Source: Azolla caroliniana (Eukaryota > Plantae > Polypodiophyta). From it: 64,000 bases of DNA. The translations under genes and the position numbers were made by a program. Shown one piece after another: positions 29,822 through 44,183 of the stretch. The stretch covers positions 34,534,001 through 34,598,000 of the forward strand of contig JBHGNT010000001.1 of the NCBI GenBank assembly GCA_043228905.1, read 5' to 3'. A model generated the notes under the pieces. That model was not told where the DNA came from. It saw only the letters and a list, made by a program, of their open reading frames with translations, and searched no databases. Every line of letters begins with the position of its first letter. The first letter of the stretch is position 1.

Positions 29822-32800
29822 ATGCAGGAAAGCTCCGACAGTGCCCCCTTGCTCACGGAGCACGACTACATCGGCCTCTCGGAGGTCACTAGCTCCGCTA
29901 CGCAGATCCACCTCCCCAGCCATGGCCTCAAAGACACGGATTTCTCCTCAGATCTGGGCCTAGACCTTGGATTAGGGCTGGGCCTCGGTCCCTGCTCCTC
30001 CCTAGAAACTCCTACCGCTAAACGCGCGAGCTCACACGAGTCCGTTTCTCTAGCGAAGCGCGGTGATGGAGAAGGGATGGTGATATCACAGAATGGTGCT
30101 AACGAATCCATCAAGTATTCTCCCTTCCCTGAGTTTCTCTCTCTTCCATCGCTCCAGAAGAACGGTGCGAAGCGTGGCTATGCTGAGGCCAACACCTCTG
30201 GTGTGAAGACGAATGAAGCTCGATTTCATCATCTCGGCAACACCATAGAGGCTTCCTCCTCGAATTCTTCTTCACGCGTCCCCGTCGTTGAGTCGTCTTC
30301 ATCGCCTGACCATGCGAAAGCTTTACCTCCTTCGTTCTTGCAGACTTGGCCTCCATCGTCCTCATCATCTGCGGCGATGATGGCGATAATGAAAAATGGC
30401 AGTAATGTCGCTGTGACATCATGGCAATCTGAGAAATCCGTATCTGCAAATTCGTTCAAGGCCTCTGAGAAATCTTCAGACGTAGTTTCTGTCGATGACG
30501 CTCCTCCGCCTTGCAAGTTAGTCTATGTCTCCCCTTTTTCCATTTCTCTTTCTTTCCTTTCTGATTATTGGAACTTAGATCTAGATCTTTGCCATCTCAT
30601 ACTTTAGACACCATATTCTTTTTCATTCTTTTCGGCACCGTAGGGTTTATAAGTTTTATATCAAGATCTGTATCATGATAAATTCGTCGTTTTTCTGTAA
30701 TTTCGTCGTCCTAGGGCTCAGAAGCTCTTTGTCAAGCTCTGCTAGATTTCGATTCTTAAACAGAGTTAAGGAAAAAGGGTTTCGTCAGATCTTTTTCATC
30801 CTAAGGTTTGGAATCTGTAGATATGTCATCACAAGGTCTGTTTGAGCACGCAAGTTCGCGTTGTCTAAAGCTTTGTAAGCTGAGAGATAAATGTTTGATG
30901 GATAAACAAACAGAAGCTCATCCTTCTGTCTTGTTATCATCCTTCTGCCTTGTAGGACGTGATGTGGAGATCATCGGCATGTTGCGAGGACTCAGAAGAA
31001 TCTGTGTCATGAAGGATTACATTCTCTTTGCCATTTTTGTAATGCGTTTTAGGGTCTAGAGGCTCATGGTGAAGACTGTACTATTATGGTCATACAATTG
31101 TGAACATATACAAGCTCATTATGTTTGCCAATTCTTCGTCTGCATCCTGGGGTGTAGGATCTTCATCTCAGTATATTGTGTGTATCAACACAAGCTGGTT
31201 GAGCTGATATAATCTCATTATTTCTGCAGTTTCTTCTGATAATGGAGGTAGATCGATAGATAGGAGTGTCATCTAAATAGAAGTCCATCAAATTAAAACA
31301 GTTTATATGGATAAACCTTGTTCTTTTCATCTTTTTGACACAAAATTCACAATATCTGTAAATGATACGCCCAACTGGGTTATGGCGATCGCTAATCATA
31401 TAATTAGCCACCGTCATCAATGTTAAGTATAGTTTTGGGTATAAACATTACATATATATTTTCTGATCTTCTTTTTTATCTTGTTCTCTTTCAGGGATCG
31501 AGTTGTTGGTTGGCCTCCAGTTCGTTCCTACAGGAGACAAACTCTCACTAAACCTGCTGAAAGCTTTGTGAAAGTGAACATGGATGGGATCACTGTGGGT
31601 CGGAAAGTTGATCTCAATGCTTATACATCTTATGAGGGTCTCCTCCTTGCTTTAGAAGACATGTTTCAACCGTCCAATAATGGTAAGATCTCTTTCTTTT
31701 ACCAGTCATCATCTTTACCTTCATATTTGAAGGTTGAATATAAGTATAAGCGGTTTTGGCACTCATTGTGTACATTCAATGAATAAGAGATCTATGGTTT
31801 TAGCTACATATACATATATCATCAATGTAATGGCTAAAAAAGAGATATTGAGCATTATCTCGAGGTACATATACATGTTGAATATAATGCTTGCATTATT
31901 TAATGCACAATATAATGGTTTTTTTCTTTTGGATGTAGCTCAAGGAGCTTCTCAAGCACTATCGGGAAGAGAGAAACACTTCCTTCTGTCGGGTGGATCT
32001 GACTTTGTTCTCACATATGAAGATAAAGATGGTGATTGGATGCTTGTTGGTGATGTGCCATGGAGGTGAGAATCAGCGTAGATCTTTTTCCTTTAAAGCT
32101 TTTCTAGTTTTTAGAAGACATGCATGAATAAACAAGTATGTAACAAAGTCTAATGCAGACCCTTTTAAAACATCTCTTTGAAGTTTTTCTAATTCTTATA
32201 AGACATGTATATGACTAAACGAGTACGTAACAATGGCTATACAGCATGTTCATCTCTACTGTGAAGAGGCTTCGAATTACTCGAGGATCTGAAGCGAACA
32301 CCCCTGGTATGTGAAATCCACTGGATTCTATGTGCTTGTAATGCTCATTGTGGACCTGATCAATTCTTATGTGTAATCAGTAATTGTTCTCATTTCTTGA
32401 GTATTCATCCCTTGCTATCTATGATTGTTGAATTTATTCATTGTAATCAATGTGCATCAAATAGATATTTTTGTGGTAGGAAGAACTTATCCTTTGCAGA
32501 CTTTGCCCACTGGATGATTGTTTTTGGGATTTGAGGAACCAACTCACCCACTTTGGTCACCGTTCGTCTAATGCATGTTTCCTGTTTGAGTGACTAATTC
32601 ATCACAACCGGTTTGCATCAAATGAAAAGTTGTCTGGGGAACTAATAATTTGCGATCTATGTGCATCTATGATTGCTATCTGTGTGCAACTATGCCAATC
32701 TTTCTGGTTTGAGGAAACAGTTTATTACTATCTTGGTAGTATATATGCCTTTATTGTGGAGCTAAGCCATTGCAATTGCAATTCTGTGCGTATGTAATTG

Positions 32801-32979
32801 TTCAAGAGAGCGATCCATTGCAATCTTTCTGAATTGCATGTGTCCCGTTGAGGAACTAATCCATTTCCATCTATGTGTGCAACTATTCTTTTGTCTTGGT
32901 TAAGTTAAATTGAACTAATAAAAAATTAACTTTGTGATCTTTTACAGCATCAAGGGGACCAGAAACATCAAGGTTGTGA
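29822..32979 (+). CDS. IAA: Aux/IAA auxin-responsive transcriptional repressor, 5 exons, 367 aa
   Basis: Exons 29822-30516, 31495-31682, 31939-32065, 32245-32306, 32948-32979 (all GT-AG, total 1104 nt, in frame). HDYIGLSE motif, [17 protein letters not shown], degron [14 protein letters not shown]1 [38 protein letters not shown]. Confidence 0.95.
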
Positions 32980-33177
32980 GGGACCATGGCTTAAGGATAG
33001 TTTGCTTCCATTTTCTTTAAAATGGCTTGCTTATTTATCCTTCTGGTCTCCAAATAAGCAAAGCTGTGATTGATATGGAGGCCCTCATGCACATGTTCTA
33101 TACGATATGATAGGACAACTTCATTTGTTGTTATTACAGTTGAAATAGAGTTTGGCAGCCATAGCTGTATGATATTA

Positions 33178-33312
33178 TTCATGGGTTATTTCTAGAGGAC
33201 ATCAAAATCACTTTCATGGGTATTTGTAGAGGATATCAATGGCACATCATCACTTTCATGGGTATTTTTAGAAGAGGTTAAAATCACTGCACAGGAGCAT
33301 GGGTTATTTTCC
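33178..33312. repeat. Degenerate ~34-42-bp tandem repeat in Aux/IAA 3' region
   Basis: TTCATGGGT(T)ATTT.TAGAGGA.ATCAA..ATCACT, about 3.5 copies. Confidence 0.7.
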
Positions 33313-34722
33313 GTGGCTTTTTATCTTAACTTAGCATATGTGGTATCAGAATTGGACGATGAATCAAAGTATCATCTCTCTTGCAAATGCTGCTGATGGA
33401 AGGATAAGAGAACTGGGGTAGATGAACTTAAAAAGAAGAAAAAATTATGCTAAGATGTACATAACTACAGAATCTGGCTGGGCCATAGCTTATTGGCACT
33501 TATAATGGTTGGATATCCCTTTCTCCCCGTTGCATCTAAGGTTTTGTTTTCCTTAGCCACAAAGTTAAATCTATTTTGAGCACAGTAATTGTAATATTCT
33601 AAGGCCTTGGATTGGGTTTTCTTTTTTGGGTGTTTTTTGGTTTTGGCTTTGTATTACTTTTATATTGTTGCCAAAATGTAAACTCTTTTACTAAAGGACC
33701 CTTTCCCTATGAATTCCTTTGATGTTATCACACTTGTATGATATAAAAATCCTCAATAATAGATGCTTTTATTTTTATATTTTTATCTCTTTCATGATGT
33801 AAGGTTTAAAATGTCCACAAGAATCAATGCTATTTTATTAGTAGTTGTGGTTCTCATGGTATATTACAGAGGTTTTCAATAATGTCAATGCAACTTTATT
33901 TTTTTGTATAGTAATTTCGTAGTCAGAAAAGTCTCTCTCTTGTGCATTAAAGGAAGTTTCGTGTATGCATCGGAAAGATCCAAGCCAGTCGATCAATCGA
34001 TGAATTCTAGCTGTGTGTGTGATCTGTTTTATGTGTGGTAGAAGGTACATACTCTCTTTTTCTGAATACTCAAAAGAATAAAGAAAAACTGATGTGAAAG
34101 GTTTGAAGGCATTGGGTGGCGGTGGTCATGTGTTAGTTGGGATGATAAAAATAATAATCTTTCATTTTTTGTATAACATAGAAAGAAGAATAATGATGTG
34201 AAAGCTCTAAGGAGAAGTCTTAGGGTATTGTGCCAAAAGTGAAGATTTAAAGTCTTTGTATGTCCCCCAACGAATCATGCTAAACTAGTGGCAGACAAGA
34301 CTCATCACTATGCACCCTAATCTAACGACAGCAAAGATATTTTATATACATCTCTACATTCATCTGGTGGTGCTCATGACTATCGACCCGCTTTATATTT
34401 TTAATCCGATGGGGTCCTTATCGCATCTCCTACACCTCGTTAAGCACTCACATCATCAATGAGGTTGTTCGCTACTTTTAAGAGAACACCTCCGCCCCAA
34501 TCTCTTTCTTTTCTATTTTGTGACTTTATTAAAGAAAGCTATGTGGTGGTGTACACATGCAAAAGAAGAAGAGAAAAGAAAAGAAAAAGGTCCCTTTTGC
34601 TGTCTTCCTTGAAGCTTGAGCAAATAAAAAATATTAAGCATCTCCCTAAACTCTACACAACCACAAACAATTTGTTCACTAAAAACAAAATGAAGCATTC
34701 GTGGATGTGTCTTGTCACATAG

Positions 34723-34723
<1 letters not shown>

Positions 34724-34753
<30 letters not shown>
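34724..34753. repeat. (CA)n microsatellite
   Basis: Direct. Confidence 0.9.
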
Positions 34754-34758
<5 letters not shown>

Positions 34759-37700
34759 TGAAGTAGCAATATTTTTGTGACTTAATTCAAGTTGTGGTCT
34801 CCTCTTTGCCAAAGTTCTATACTATCTTCCTTTCCCCAAAGGTCGAGAAATGTTCATATTTTAAGCCTGCCATTTAAGCAATATGCTTGCATTTATCTTG
34901 ATTACACAAAACACATTTATCTTGATTACACAAAATAGTCTAATTTAATATATTTGGGAATCCGACTTTTAAATTTTGTGCAAATTGTGGTCGTAAAAAT
35001 TGCATCCAAGCTCTTACATCTTTAAATCTAGTCAAGTTGGTTTCACACAGTGGGTGAAATATAATTCTTTTCTTTGGATGAAGGTATCTATAAAGCACTA
35101 TGCCTTTCTTGGGTGAAACTACCATCTAACAACACAACAACCTCATCACGTGAAATTTTCTTCCAACACTATCTTTCTCGTATGTTTGTTCATACATTGT
35201 AACTAAATATTTCTTTATTTTTTTCTTTAGCAATTTCTAGTAAGTGGAGTAAGATTTGATTTGGTACCTTTTAAAAATGAAACTATCAGTTAGCACAACA
35301 CCTTCCCACACATTTGTGCGCCCTTATTCATTTGTTTTAACTACTCACATATTCTCTTCTTCTTCCTCGCACTACTTGTAGTAAGAATGGTTTAGTTAGG
35401 ATTTGAAGTGCATCATAGATAAAATAAAGAGCCTTATCCTCTTGGGAAAAAGTAGGGCCCATAAAGGAAGCAGTTGATTGTGGTCAAGTCCTTGTATATT
35501 TCCTTATGCTTTCATTATTGGTAGACTCAATTCCTTGCAATTCAAGGACACACCTTTGGAGATTCAGAGATTTAGGGCAATATCTTGTTGCACCTAGGTT
35601 CTTTAGATGATGACTTCGTTTGAATCCAATCAACTTTGTTTAACACAATGCTCAACCTACAACTTATAGCCGCCCCTTATGGTTTGCACATGAAATCCCA
35701 TCATTCCATTGTAAGTTGTTGATCATTGTCAATATGCACACTTCTAATATCAATTTATAAAATGACACTTTTAATATCAATGGCATTTCTACATGATGTA
35801 TTAACACATGGGAGGACGTCATAAACCATGCTAATCTGGGTATGGAAATTACATGTGAGCAAATATATAAACACTTTTAGATAATGCAAGGAGGTGAACT
35901 CTATATGCACTTACTAAGAAGAATGTAGGTTCAAAGGGATATTTTGTATCAAAACACTACAACTAAAACAAAAATGGAGAATCCCCATGAAGTTGAGCAA
36001 GAGGGAAGAGGGAACTTCAAAATAGAAACTAAAGAGATATAAAGTTGATTTCTTACATGAGTGGATATCCTTAGGAGAAGATAGAAAGAAGTTATCATAT
36101 GAGTGAATAGAGAGTGAGGATACCCAAAAAGTTGATCAGGCATGAATGAAGTTGATGAGAGGAGAGAGATTATTTTTTATGAACTCAGATCCATTTTAAA
36201 GAGTAACAAAGGGAAATTCCAAGTTAAATTTCTTTGTCATTCTCTAAACATTGCTCTTATACCACATTACATGCTTGAAATAAAAACCTGAAAATACAAT
36301 CATTTCATCGTTTTGATCTAGCATAAACTTAGGTCGGGTTCACAAAGATAGGCACCACAAAGTTGCTATATAGAGAAAGGGCATTAAAGTTGTCATTCCC
36401 AGAAGAGGGTAGTATTTGGTATTTTTCGTCGATCCATGTGTGATACAGTCAAATTAAATTCATATCTTGGCCTTTCCAAACTTTATGTAGAGGAGAATTT
36501 TGCAATGAATGTACTACAATATTAAAGACTACCTTCTTACGAACAAAACTTATTGTGATATTTTTACATTTGGTATGATTAAGGGGAAGTGACATATTTG
36601 TGGATATTGCACGAACAAGAAATAACATATGACAAGAAAAATCTGATGGTGACATTTACTCAATGTTTGATCATCTTTCATAAAAACTTTCGTAAGTATA
36701 TCGTTGCCTTGTCAACACATTGTTGCTCAAACTGAGCAACCATTAAGGAAGCTTCTTTTAGAGACATCTAGAGAGTCTCTATTTATTGACGGTTAATTTT
36801 CTTACATCATTGTAAACACACTACAATATTCTTAGTTGAAAGAGAGTGCATTCGTAACTTAGCACACATCAAGATTCAAAACTACATAGCATACCATGTT
36901 CTTAAACATTAAAGTGTAAGAAGTTATCACTAGAAATGGATGCTTGATGGGACCTTGTGGTTTATTTGAGTCAAACGACACAACAAATCAGTCTAGTCAA
37001 GTAATGATTCTTACGATAGTGTGGATCTATCTCAATTGTATTGTATGTATACAATTTAATTCCACTCATAATATCAAAATATGAGGGTATTTGTTAACCA
37101 AGGAAATCTTATGTGACATACATGAGAATAGTTTTGCTTTAAAACTCTGTGTTAAAGAGAGCTCTATTAATTTGAATGAGCTCTTCAAAGGTACATATTC
37201 TTTCAAAATTCTAATAAAAATAAAGTTAACATTATTATCCTATGTTGTACCACATGAGACCATAAGGATTTTCTAGTTACTATAACAACATATTCCCTCT
37301 TTGGACCTTTACACGTAGATGTAGAACAAAATACTTTGCCAACACATATCCACACTCATCTAGATAACTTCCATGTAGTTTATTAGTCTAGTTCTATCCA
37401 TGAATGGAACCTAGTTTTAAAGGAAAGCAATAGGCTATTGCTATAATTGTGTCAATACTTTTCATTAAATGTTTTGTATCATTGTGAAGAAATTACATGC
37501 ATAACTTCGTCATCTTGACACAATCCCAACACGTCATGGATCAATCATGATCTAGGTGCTTGTGAAGGAGGAGTGCATAATGCTTTCCAAATGCTTCAAT
37601 ATCCAAACTTTAGTGACTCGGCAATTTTAGTGACATGGAGACTTCTAATTCTTGTGACCCAATTGATAATGCTTGTGCATCTCATGATGATCGAGGACAC

Positions 37701-39259
37701 ATAGTCTACGGCCAACGTTTTTTTATGGCAACAATGTCTTTGGTGATAGCCTCTATTTTGTATAAACTAAGTGGGTTGCCTTAAGAGGTAGGAGTTCAAT
37801 TTGATATAGCTATTAGCCTCATCATTTGGGGGTTTGTTTTTAGAGGCTTAAATTTTTGACATTAAAAGGGGTTACGTGTTCAATTCATTGTCTTTATTGT
37901 GTTTTGGACCAAATTTTGACACTTCCAACCGTAGTATGAGCCATATGTGCATTCGCATTCGAGTATGGTAAAAAAGTGAGAGAAAAAAAATTAAAAACAT
38001 AAAAAATATATAAGTATGTTTTCATAACATACACATTTGTTTGCAAATGTATGCTTCCAACTATTACATGTTAAGGTTCCCCTTTATTGTAGAAAATTTG
38101 TGGATTAAAAAAATTGCTAATAATTACATTGCCAAAATTCTGACTCTTTGGATGTTGGGTTTGAAAAATCGCAATTTTCCACTGAAGCACAAAGGAAAGT
38201 GTGACACATTCCTCCGCTTCCAATGCTTGTATGAAACTTTGAAGTGCTATGATAGTGTCAAAGCTAACCTTAACACCATGGATAAACTTGAGAGTAGCTA
38301 ATGACAATTGCAAATTCCACATGTTCCTTCACTTTTGAAAATCTAATAATTTGGTTTAATTAATCGTATTGAGCGATATTATTTTATATTCGAGTATGTA
38401 TATGTAAAAACATCCACACAAGCTAATATAGGCGCATGCTGTTTTTCGTCATTGGAGTATGTAGCAAGTCAATGTTTAGGCATACTCAATCACATCATTG
38501 TTGCATTGAGTTCATGAGTCATGACTACATTATTAGCTTCATGGCATATGTCATGTGTCCTATTCACTAATAGATGTCAAATCTTCTATTGCTCCCTTCC
38601 CTTGTAGGGATTGTCACATTTTACATGTGTTGTTGATCTATACTAACTATAGCCACCCATATTTCTTCATCCGTTTTTTACTTACATTGACTCTATCCTT
38701 GTGTGCATGTACTTAAATTACCGCTCCTCATTTATCACATAGAAACGATTGGAGTGGCTTGGAGGGAGGGGGCGAAAGAGAGAGACAAAGAGAGGGAGAT
38801 CAACACACACCAAACAATGTCTCCCAATTGTAGTGCATTTCAATCTTCGCACATGGCACACTAATGTTCATGAATGGTTGATATGGATGATTGACTTAAT
38901 TTCCTTGTAAGTTGACACAATATATATAAATTGAATTTGTAATACTTAATTCTTTCCAGCAATCATAAGTAGTCGTAAACGGAACCATAATACCCTTATT
39001 CAAGGTGAAATGCAATAGAATTATTGATATTTTGGATCGCAATCATAAGAATCCACAATATAGCTTTGGTTGTCAAGTTCTATTCCAAATGAACATATTG
39101 AGAAATGAGAGCTTGTCAAATGAGTTTTCGTGATTTATGATGAAATTATATCTAGTCAGAAATTCTTAGAAATCAATAGTTTGGTATTTCCATTTGACAC
39201 TTTGAAACCTTGTTATATGAGGAAATTTGTACTATAGATTATAATCTTGGAAAATTGAA

Positions 39260-39260
<1 letters not shown>

Positions 39261-39290
<30 letters not shown>
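39261..39290. repeat. (TG)n microsatellite
   Basis: Direct. Confidence 0.9.
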
Positions 39291-39293
<3 letters not shown>

Positions 39294-42200
39294 CTATGTA
39301 TATATATATCCTAAGGGTAAACATGATGAATGTCTCCACAATGATTGACGTATGTTGAACAAGAAAGAGTGGTAGTTTCTATTGTATCATACAAGGTAAA
39401 TTATGGACAATTTCACTTAGAAAGTAAAAGGCTTGTGGGAAACTTAAAGTGAAAGCAACAATTGTATAAACTATGTAATTGAAATAAGTTATCATCGAGT
39501 AAAAGACAACTATAGACATGCAAACTTCCTAGCACTCCATTGTGGCCAAGATAAAATATTTGATTGAGCATTCCAAAGCTTAATAAAGTAGAAAGGTGTA
39601 ATAATTTTAAAGCATTTATATTTTATTTTATTTTCTAACTTGCAACTTGTGTCATGCAAACTTTAAAGCATATTTTGTTGAGATTGTTTTCACAACCTCC
39701 TAGAAGTTCCTTTAAAAAATCCTCCAATCACATACAAAGATAAAAAACTATGTCTTGATGCTTGACGCAACATATTGTTTTATTAACCTTGTGAGTCATT
39801 TAAGCATGATACGACAACAACGTTGTAACATTATAACACAAGCACACCTTAATGTAACATGTTTAAATGGTTGGATAGATGGTGAACCTTGAAACCTATC
39901 ATTGGGTTTCAAATAATCTCAAAATGCACTCCTAATTGTACATATGCATAAGTTATTTGATCTGAATGTTTTTATTATAGTGATCACACATATATGTCAT
40001 GTGCTAATGAAAGATATTGCTTTCACTCTAAAACTTATTATCAATGTTTTCGGTTCATTTGGGGCTTTGCAATCACTTTTTACAATGTCATAAGTGCACG
40101 ACACAATATCAAGATTTCTCGAAGAAAGGAACTTCCATTTCTCTTAAATAATGTTGAGTACATTGAAGCTAGGTTGAAGATCCTTGAAAGAACCTTACAA
40201 ATTTATGAGGTGATTAAATCTACATGTGACTATGTATTGGGAAGTATAACATAAAACTTTACAGTTGTAATTCTATGTTCACCTCATGCATGTTTGGATT
40301 TTCAATCATGTAAACTTGACTAGATGGTCATGGTTCGAGAGAGACTTACAATGGTGGGACACACTTGTACCTAAAGAGTGAGGGTTATTAGTGTTGCCTA
40401 TATTTAAATTTAGGAAATTCTTTAGTGATGAGCTAACCAACTACCTTGAAGCGAAAAACACACTACAAGTAAATATCTAAAATTAACAAATTGAAATATT
40501 CATATGAATATGTTGGAATTGATGCCAAGCACCTAATGCGACAACCTCTTGGTTCATAGCCTTATCTTGGAATGTTCTCTGAGTGTCATGGGAAGAAGGA
40601 TGAAATTTAACCTCTCATATTTTCTTCTCGTATGAAGTTTAAGTTCTCACACTTAACTAAAGAATGTAATATATAACAAGTAATACATGTATATATATTA
40701 CATTGGCAATCAAATAATTCTTATGCATATACACAAACACATATATTGTTTTTTATGGTTAGCATAGACGTTCACAACAATGTCAAGATTTTACGACCAC
40801 CCTCCAAAATTGTGGAACATGTATCTTTCAATAGGACCCATCCTAATAGCATGGAAAAATTTACATTTGAAAATCCATTAACATTTGAGTATACCCAAAA
40901 CATATATGCACTAAATATGTTTGTAGAGAAACTTCCCCAAAATAATTTTGTATATATGTACAATATATATTTGTTTTGGATTGGAATTCTAGCTACTTGC
41001 CCATTCATTAATGCTCGTCAAAATAAATGAGCATGTGCGTAGTGAATATCAATTACTTTTCATTCGATGTCCACTGACACTTCTTCTTTTCATTTGTATG
41101 TCCTGGGACAATGTCGAAGACCTTGCATAGGTGGGTGATTGTCAGATGTCAACCTCAACATGCCCTTGTTATGTCGAAGTGCTAGCAAGTTTTAATTTAA
41201 GCTTTGATTTGTACATTTCATATAGAAACAACTTTCCAAGGATGGGTAAACCTCCCTTTGAAGCGTGTCACAACCTTCAAAGGTAGTCATTGTTTTGGTT
41301 TTCTTGATAGTTTGACTCCGAGCTTGCTAACAAACAAGTTGACACTAGAGACTTTGATGACACCTTGGCTTGACATTTTATGTAGGGATGGATGAAACTT
41401 TTATTAGCATTAAAATGAAAACTTGTTCAATCCGCAATTTATATGAAAACTATGGGTTGCACATACTTGAGGAACTAAGAGAATAATCTAAGACATCAAC
41501 TATTGGTGTTTATTTAGATAGCATAATTTTTTAAATATATAGTTCAAAATGCCCCCAAGAATACACCATCTTTTGTTGTAGAATTTTAAAACACAATCAA
41601 GAAAGAGGTCGACTTTACCAATTGTTCAATTTTAATAAGAGAGATGAAACAACCCTTATTATTGATGATAAAACAACTAACTGCTTTACCATCTAGTCGG
41701 CCATCATCAACTACGTGATCGATACACATCATCATTTAGGAAATTGACTTTTTGCAACTAAAAGATTCTCGTTAGTTTTTGGAGGATTTTGAATTCAATG
41801 TCTTAATATAGTTAAGCGTAGCACAATCAACTTTGACAATGGTAGAACATGAGGAGTTATGTAGATATGTCAATGTCTATTGAATGTCAAGCTTTTGTTC
41901 CACATAAATGGCTACTCTTGCATCGTGGAGTTGCATTCTATTTTAGAGTGACAAAGTTTTTGCGTTGTTTCCATGTTTGACCCCTTATGTTTATAGCAAT
42001 CAAACACATGGACATTGATAGCATGCTTTGGATGGCACATGAAAACGTATAGTAAGGAACTCAAATAGTCAAATTCCCTAATGTATGAATTTACACGACA
42101 CATCCCTTGTAAATTCAGATTGAAAAAATAAAAATGCAGAAAGGAGCAAAAAGAAATTTGAGCATAGAACAATTGCGAAGGATACCAAAGGAAACCCCAT

Positions 42201-44138
42201 GATGAGATTAATGGCCTATAATTGCTTGGACATAGAGAAATGAGCGATTTAATGTAAACCTGTGCACATGTATGTAGAGGGTTTGGCCAAGGTTTAACCA
42301 AAGCCTTGACATGATGATGTTCATAGAGAGATAAATCAAAGCAGGTTGTTTGATTTGCTAGAGCCAAACAATAAGTTCTCATAGGATGGGATGCTCGAGG
42401 AATTAGTTTGAAGGCATCAGGCGGAGTTCTTCCTTTTTTCATGTAGCTGAACTTTTGAGCCAAGGGGCAGGGAGACGAACAAATGCATGTGAAGAGCATT
42501 GACACTTCGATCGGAATTTGGAGCCATTGGCTGCTAGCAGCCCAAAATTCAATTGATGAGGAGGGTGTTGGAAAGAATGTCCACGAGAAAACAACAAAAG
42601 TTCTGAAGACACTTTTGGAAGGTTTGTCCAAAGAGACTTTTCTTTTCGCCAAATAAAAATAAGAAAGAAACAGAACAAATCTATTTATTATTCGAAAACA
42701 AACAAAACTAAAGAAATAAAAGTAAATGCTTTTATAGCTATTTTATTCATTTATTTTCGAAGAGGGTGCGGATAATTATTGGAGTTGAAAAGATGGGAGA
42801 AGTAAAACGAAATATATATATTTTCAAAAATAAATTGGAGGGCCGAACCCAATTTCTTATTTTTTTATGAATATATCTGGGAAGTTAAAATCAATAAATT
42901 TAAGAACAGAAAAGATCAAACAAATGGATAAATTAAATAGAAAATATATAACTGCGCTTTTTATTCGAAAACGAGAAAAAGAAAAAGAAAAAGAAAAAGA
43001 AAGAAAAGAGATGTAAATATGTAAAGAGAAGAAAAAGGAGTGGAGTCTTTCAAGAAATAAAGAAGTTGGAATTGTTTTTATTATATATCTTATATGTACA
43101 TAATATTATTAGTAATAAAATAGTTTAAATATTAATTCTTATTTTTTTCGTTTTCTGGGCTGAAAATAAAATACAAAAACAATAAATAATTGAAGAGAAA
43201 GAGCATCCATCCGAATGCCGAAAAAAGTGTCCCAAGAAAAAGAGGCCACATAAAAGAGGCTTACCTTACCGCCAAATGTAGAGAGAGAGAGTTTAGAGAG
43301 AGAGAGAGCTATACAAATAAAGACAAAAACATAATGCAATTAATTAATTAATTAGTTTAAATAAATAAATAAATATATAGCTCTTTTTCTTTGTGTGTTG
43401 TGTTGTGTGTCTATGTATGTATGTATATGCTTTATCTCTCCTCCCCGTTCTTTTTCTACGCTTAAATCATTCATATTTTCCAATGAATGAGAGCGACCCT
43501 CTCTCTCTCTTCTTTTCTTCCTCCAAATTTAGATAGAGCGCTATACATATATGTACATACATACATACATACATATATCATTCATTATAAGCTTAGCTCA
43601 CTCTTTGCCTCAACAGCCAATCTTCTCATCCTCACTACTACGTCTTTCAATTTATTCTTAATCCCCACCCAAACAGAGCGGTCCCCGTCATCTGATCACT
43701 GCTATTTGATTTTGTAATCACAGAAACAACCCCCTTATAACCAGACGAAAGATTGACTGAATAATTAACACGACTCAGATGCTTATGCATCTATTAATTT
43801 AGATGGAAAAAAGCCCACAGTTCCTTAGATCCAGAATTAGTTTTACTCATAATATCCATTTGTAGAGCTAACACGCAACCTCATGTAACTGTAACAGAAC
43901 CTGGGGTCCTTAATAATGTAATTAAGCCCACTAATCAGGCCAACACAGAACATAACAGTTACATATATATATATACATACATATATATATATATATATAT
44001 ATCTTGCGTCTTGATGTGGTCAAGCTACCAAAGTCCATTCAATTGAGCTACGAGAACATACAAATCACAGGGAAATACTTGGTCGTATGGTGGTCTCCAT
44101 GTTGCAGTGAGGACGACATCTCATATTGTGGGAACAGG

Positions 44139-44174
44139 CTAGGGTTAGGGTTAGGGTTAGGGTTAGGGTTTGGG
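44139..44174 (+). repeat. (TTAGGG)n array / G-quadruplex motif immediately upstream of the AHL ATG
   Basis: CTAGGG-(TTAGGG)4-TTTGGG, six GGG tracts, ending 9 nt before ATG 44184; includes telo-box TAGGGTTT. Confidence 0.9.
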
Positions 44175-44183
44175 ATTGGATCC

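Noticed and set aside
29156-29923. Poly-Pro/Leu/Lys/Glu ORFs upstream of Aux/IAA
   Set aside because: Translations of microsatellites.
33341-33350. PBS-like TGGTATCAGA
   Set aside because: No adjacent LTR end or internal domain; only 10 nt.
41912-42652. 246-aa minus-strand ORF
   Set aside because: Non-ATG start, no motif or splice support, composition unlike a real protein; cannot exclude a lncRNA or enhancer here.
44004-44183. 60-codon upstream extension of AHL in the ORF track
   Set aside because: TTG start right after a (TA)n tract with no in-frame ATG; a plausible acceptor at 44107 suggests 5'UTR/intron.
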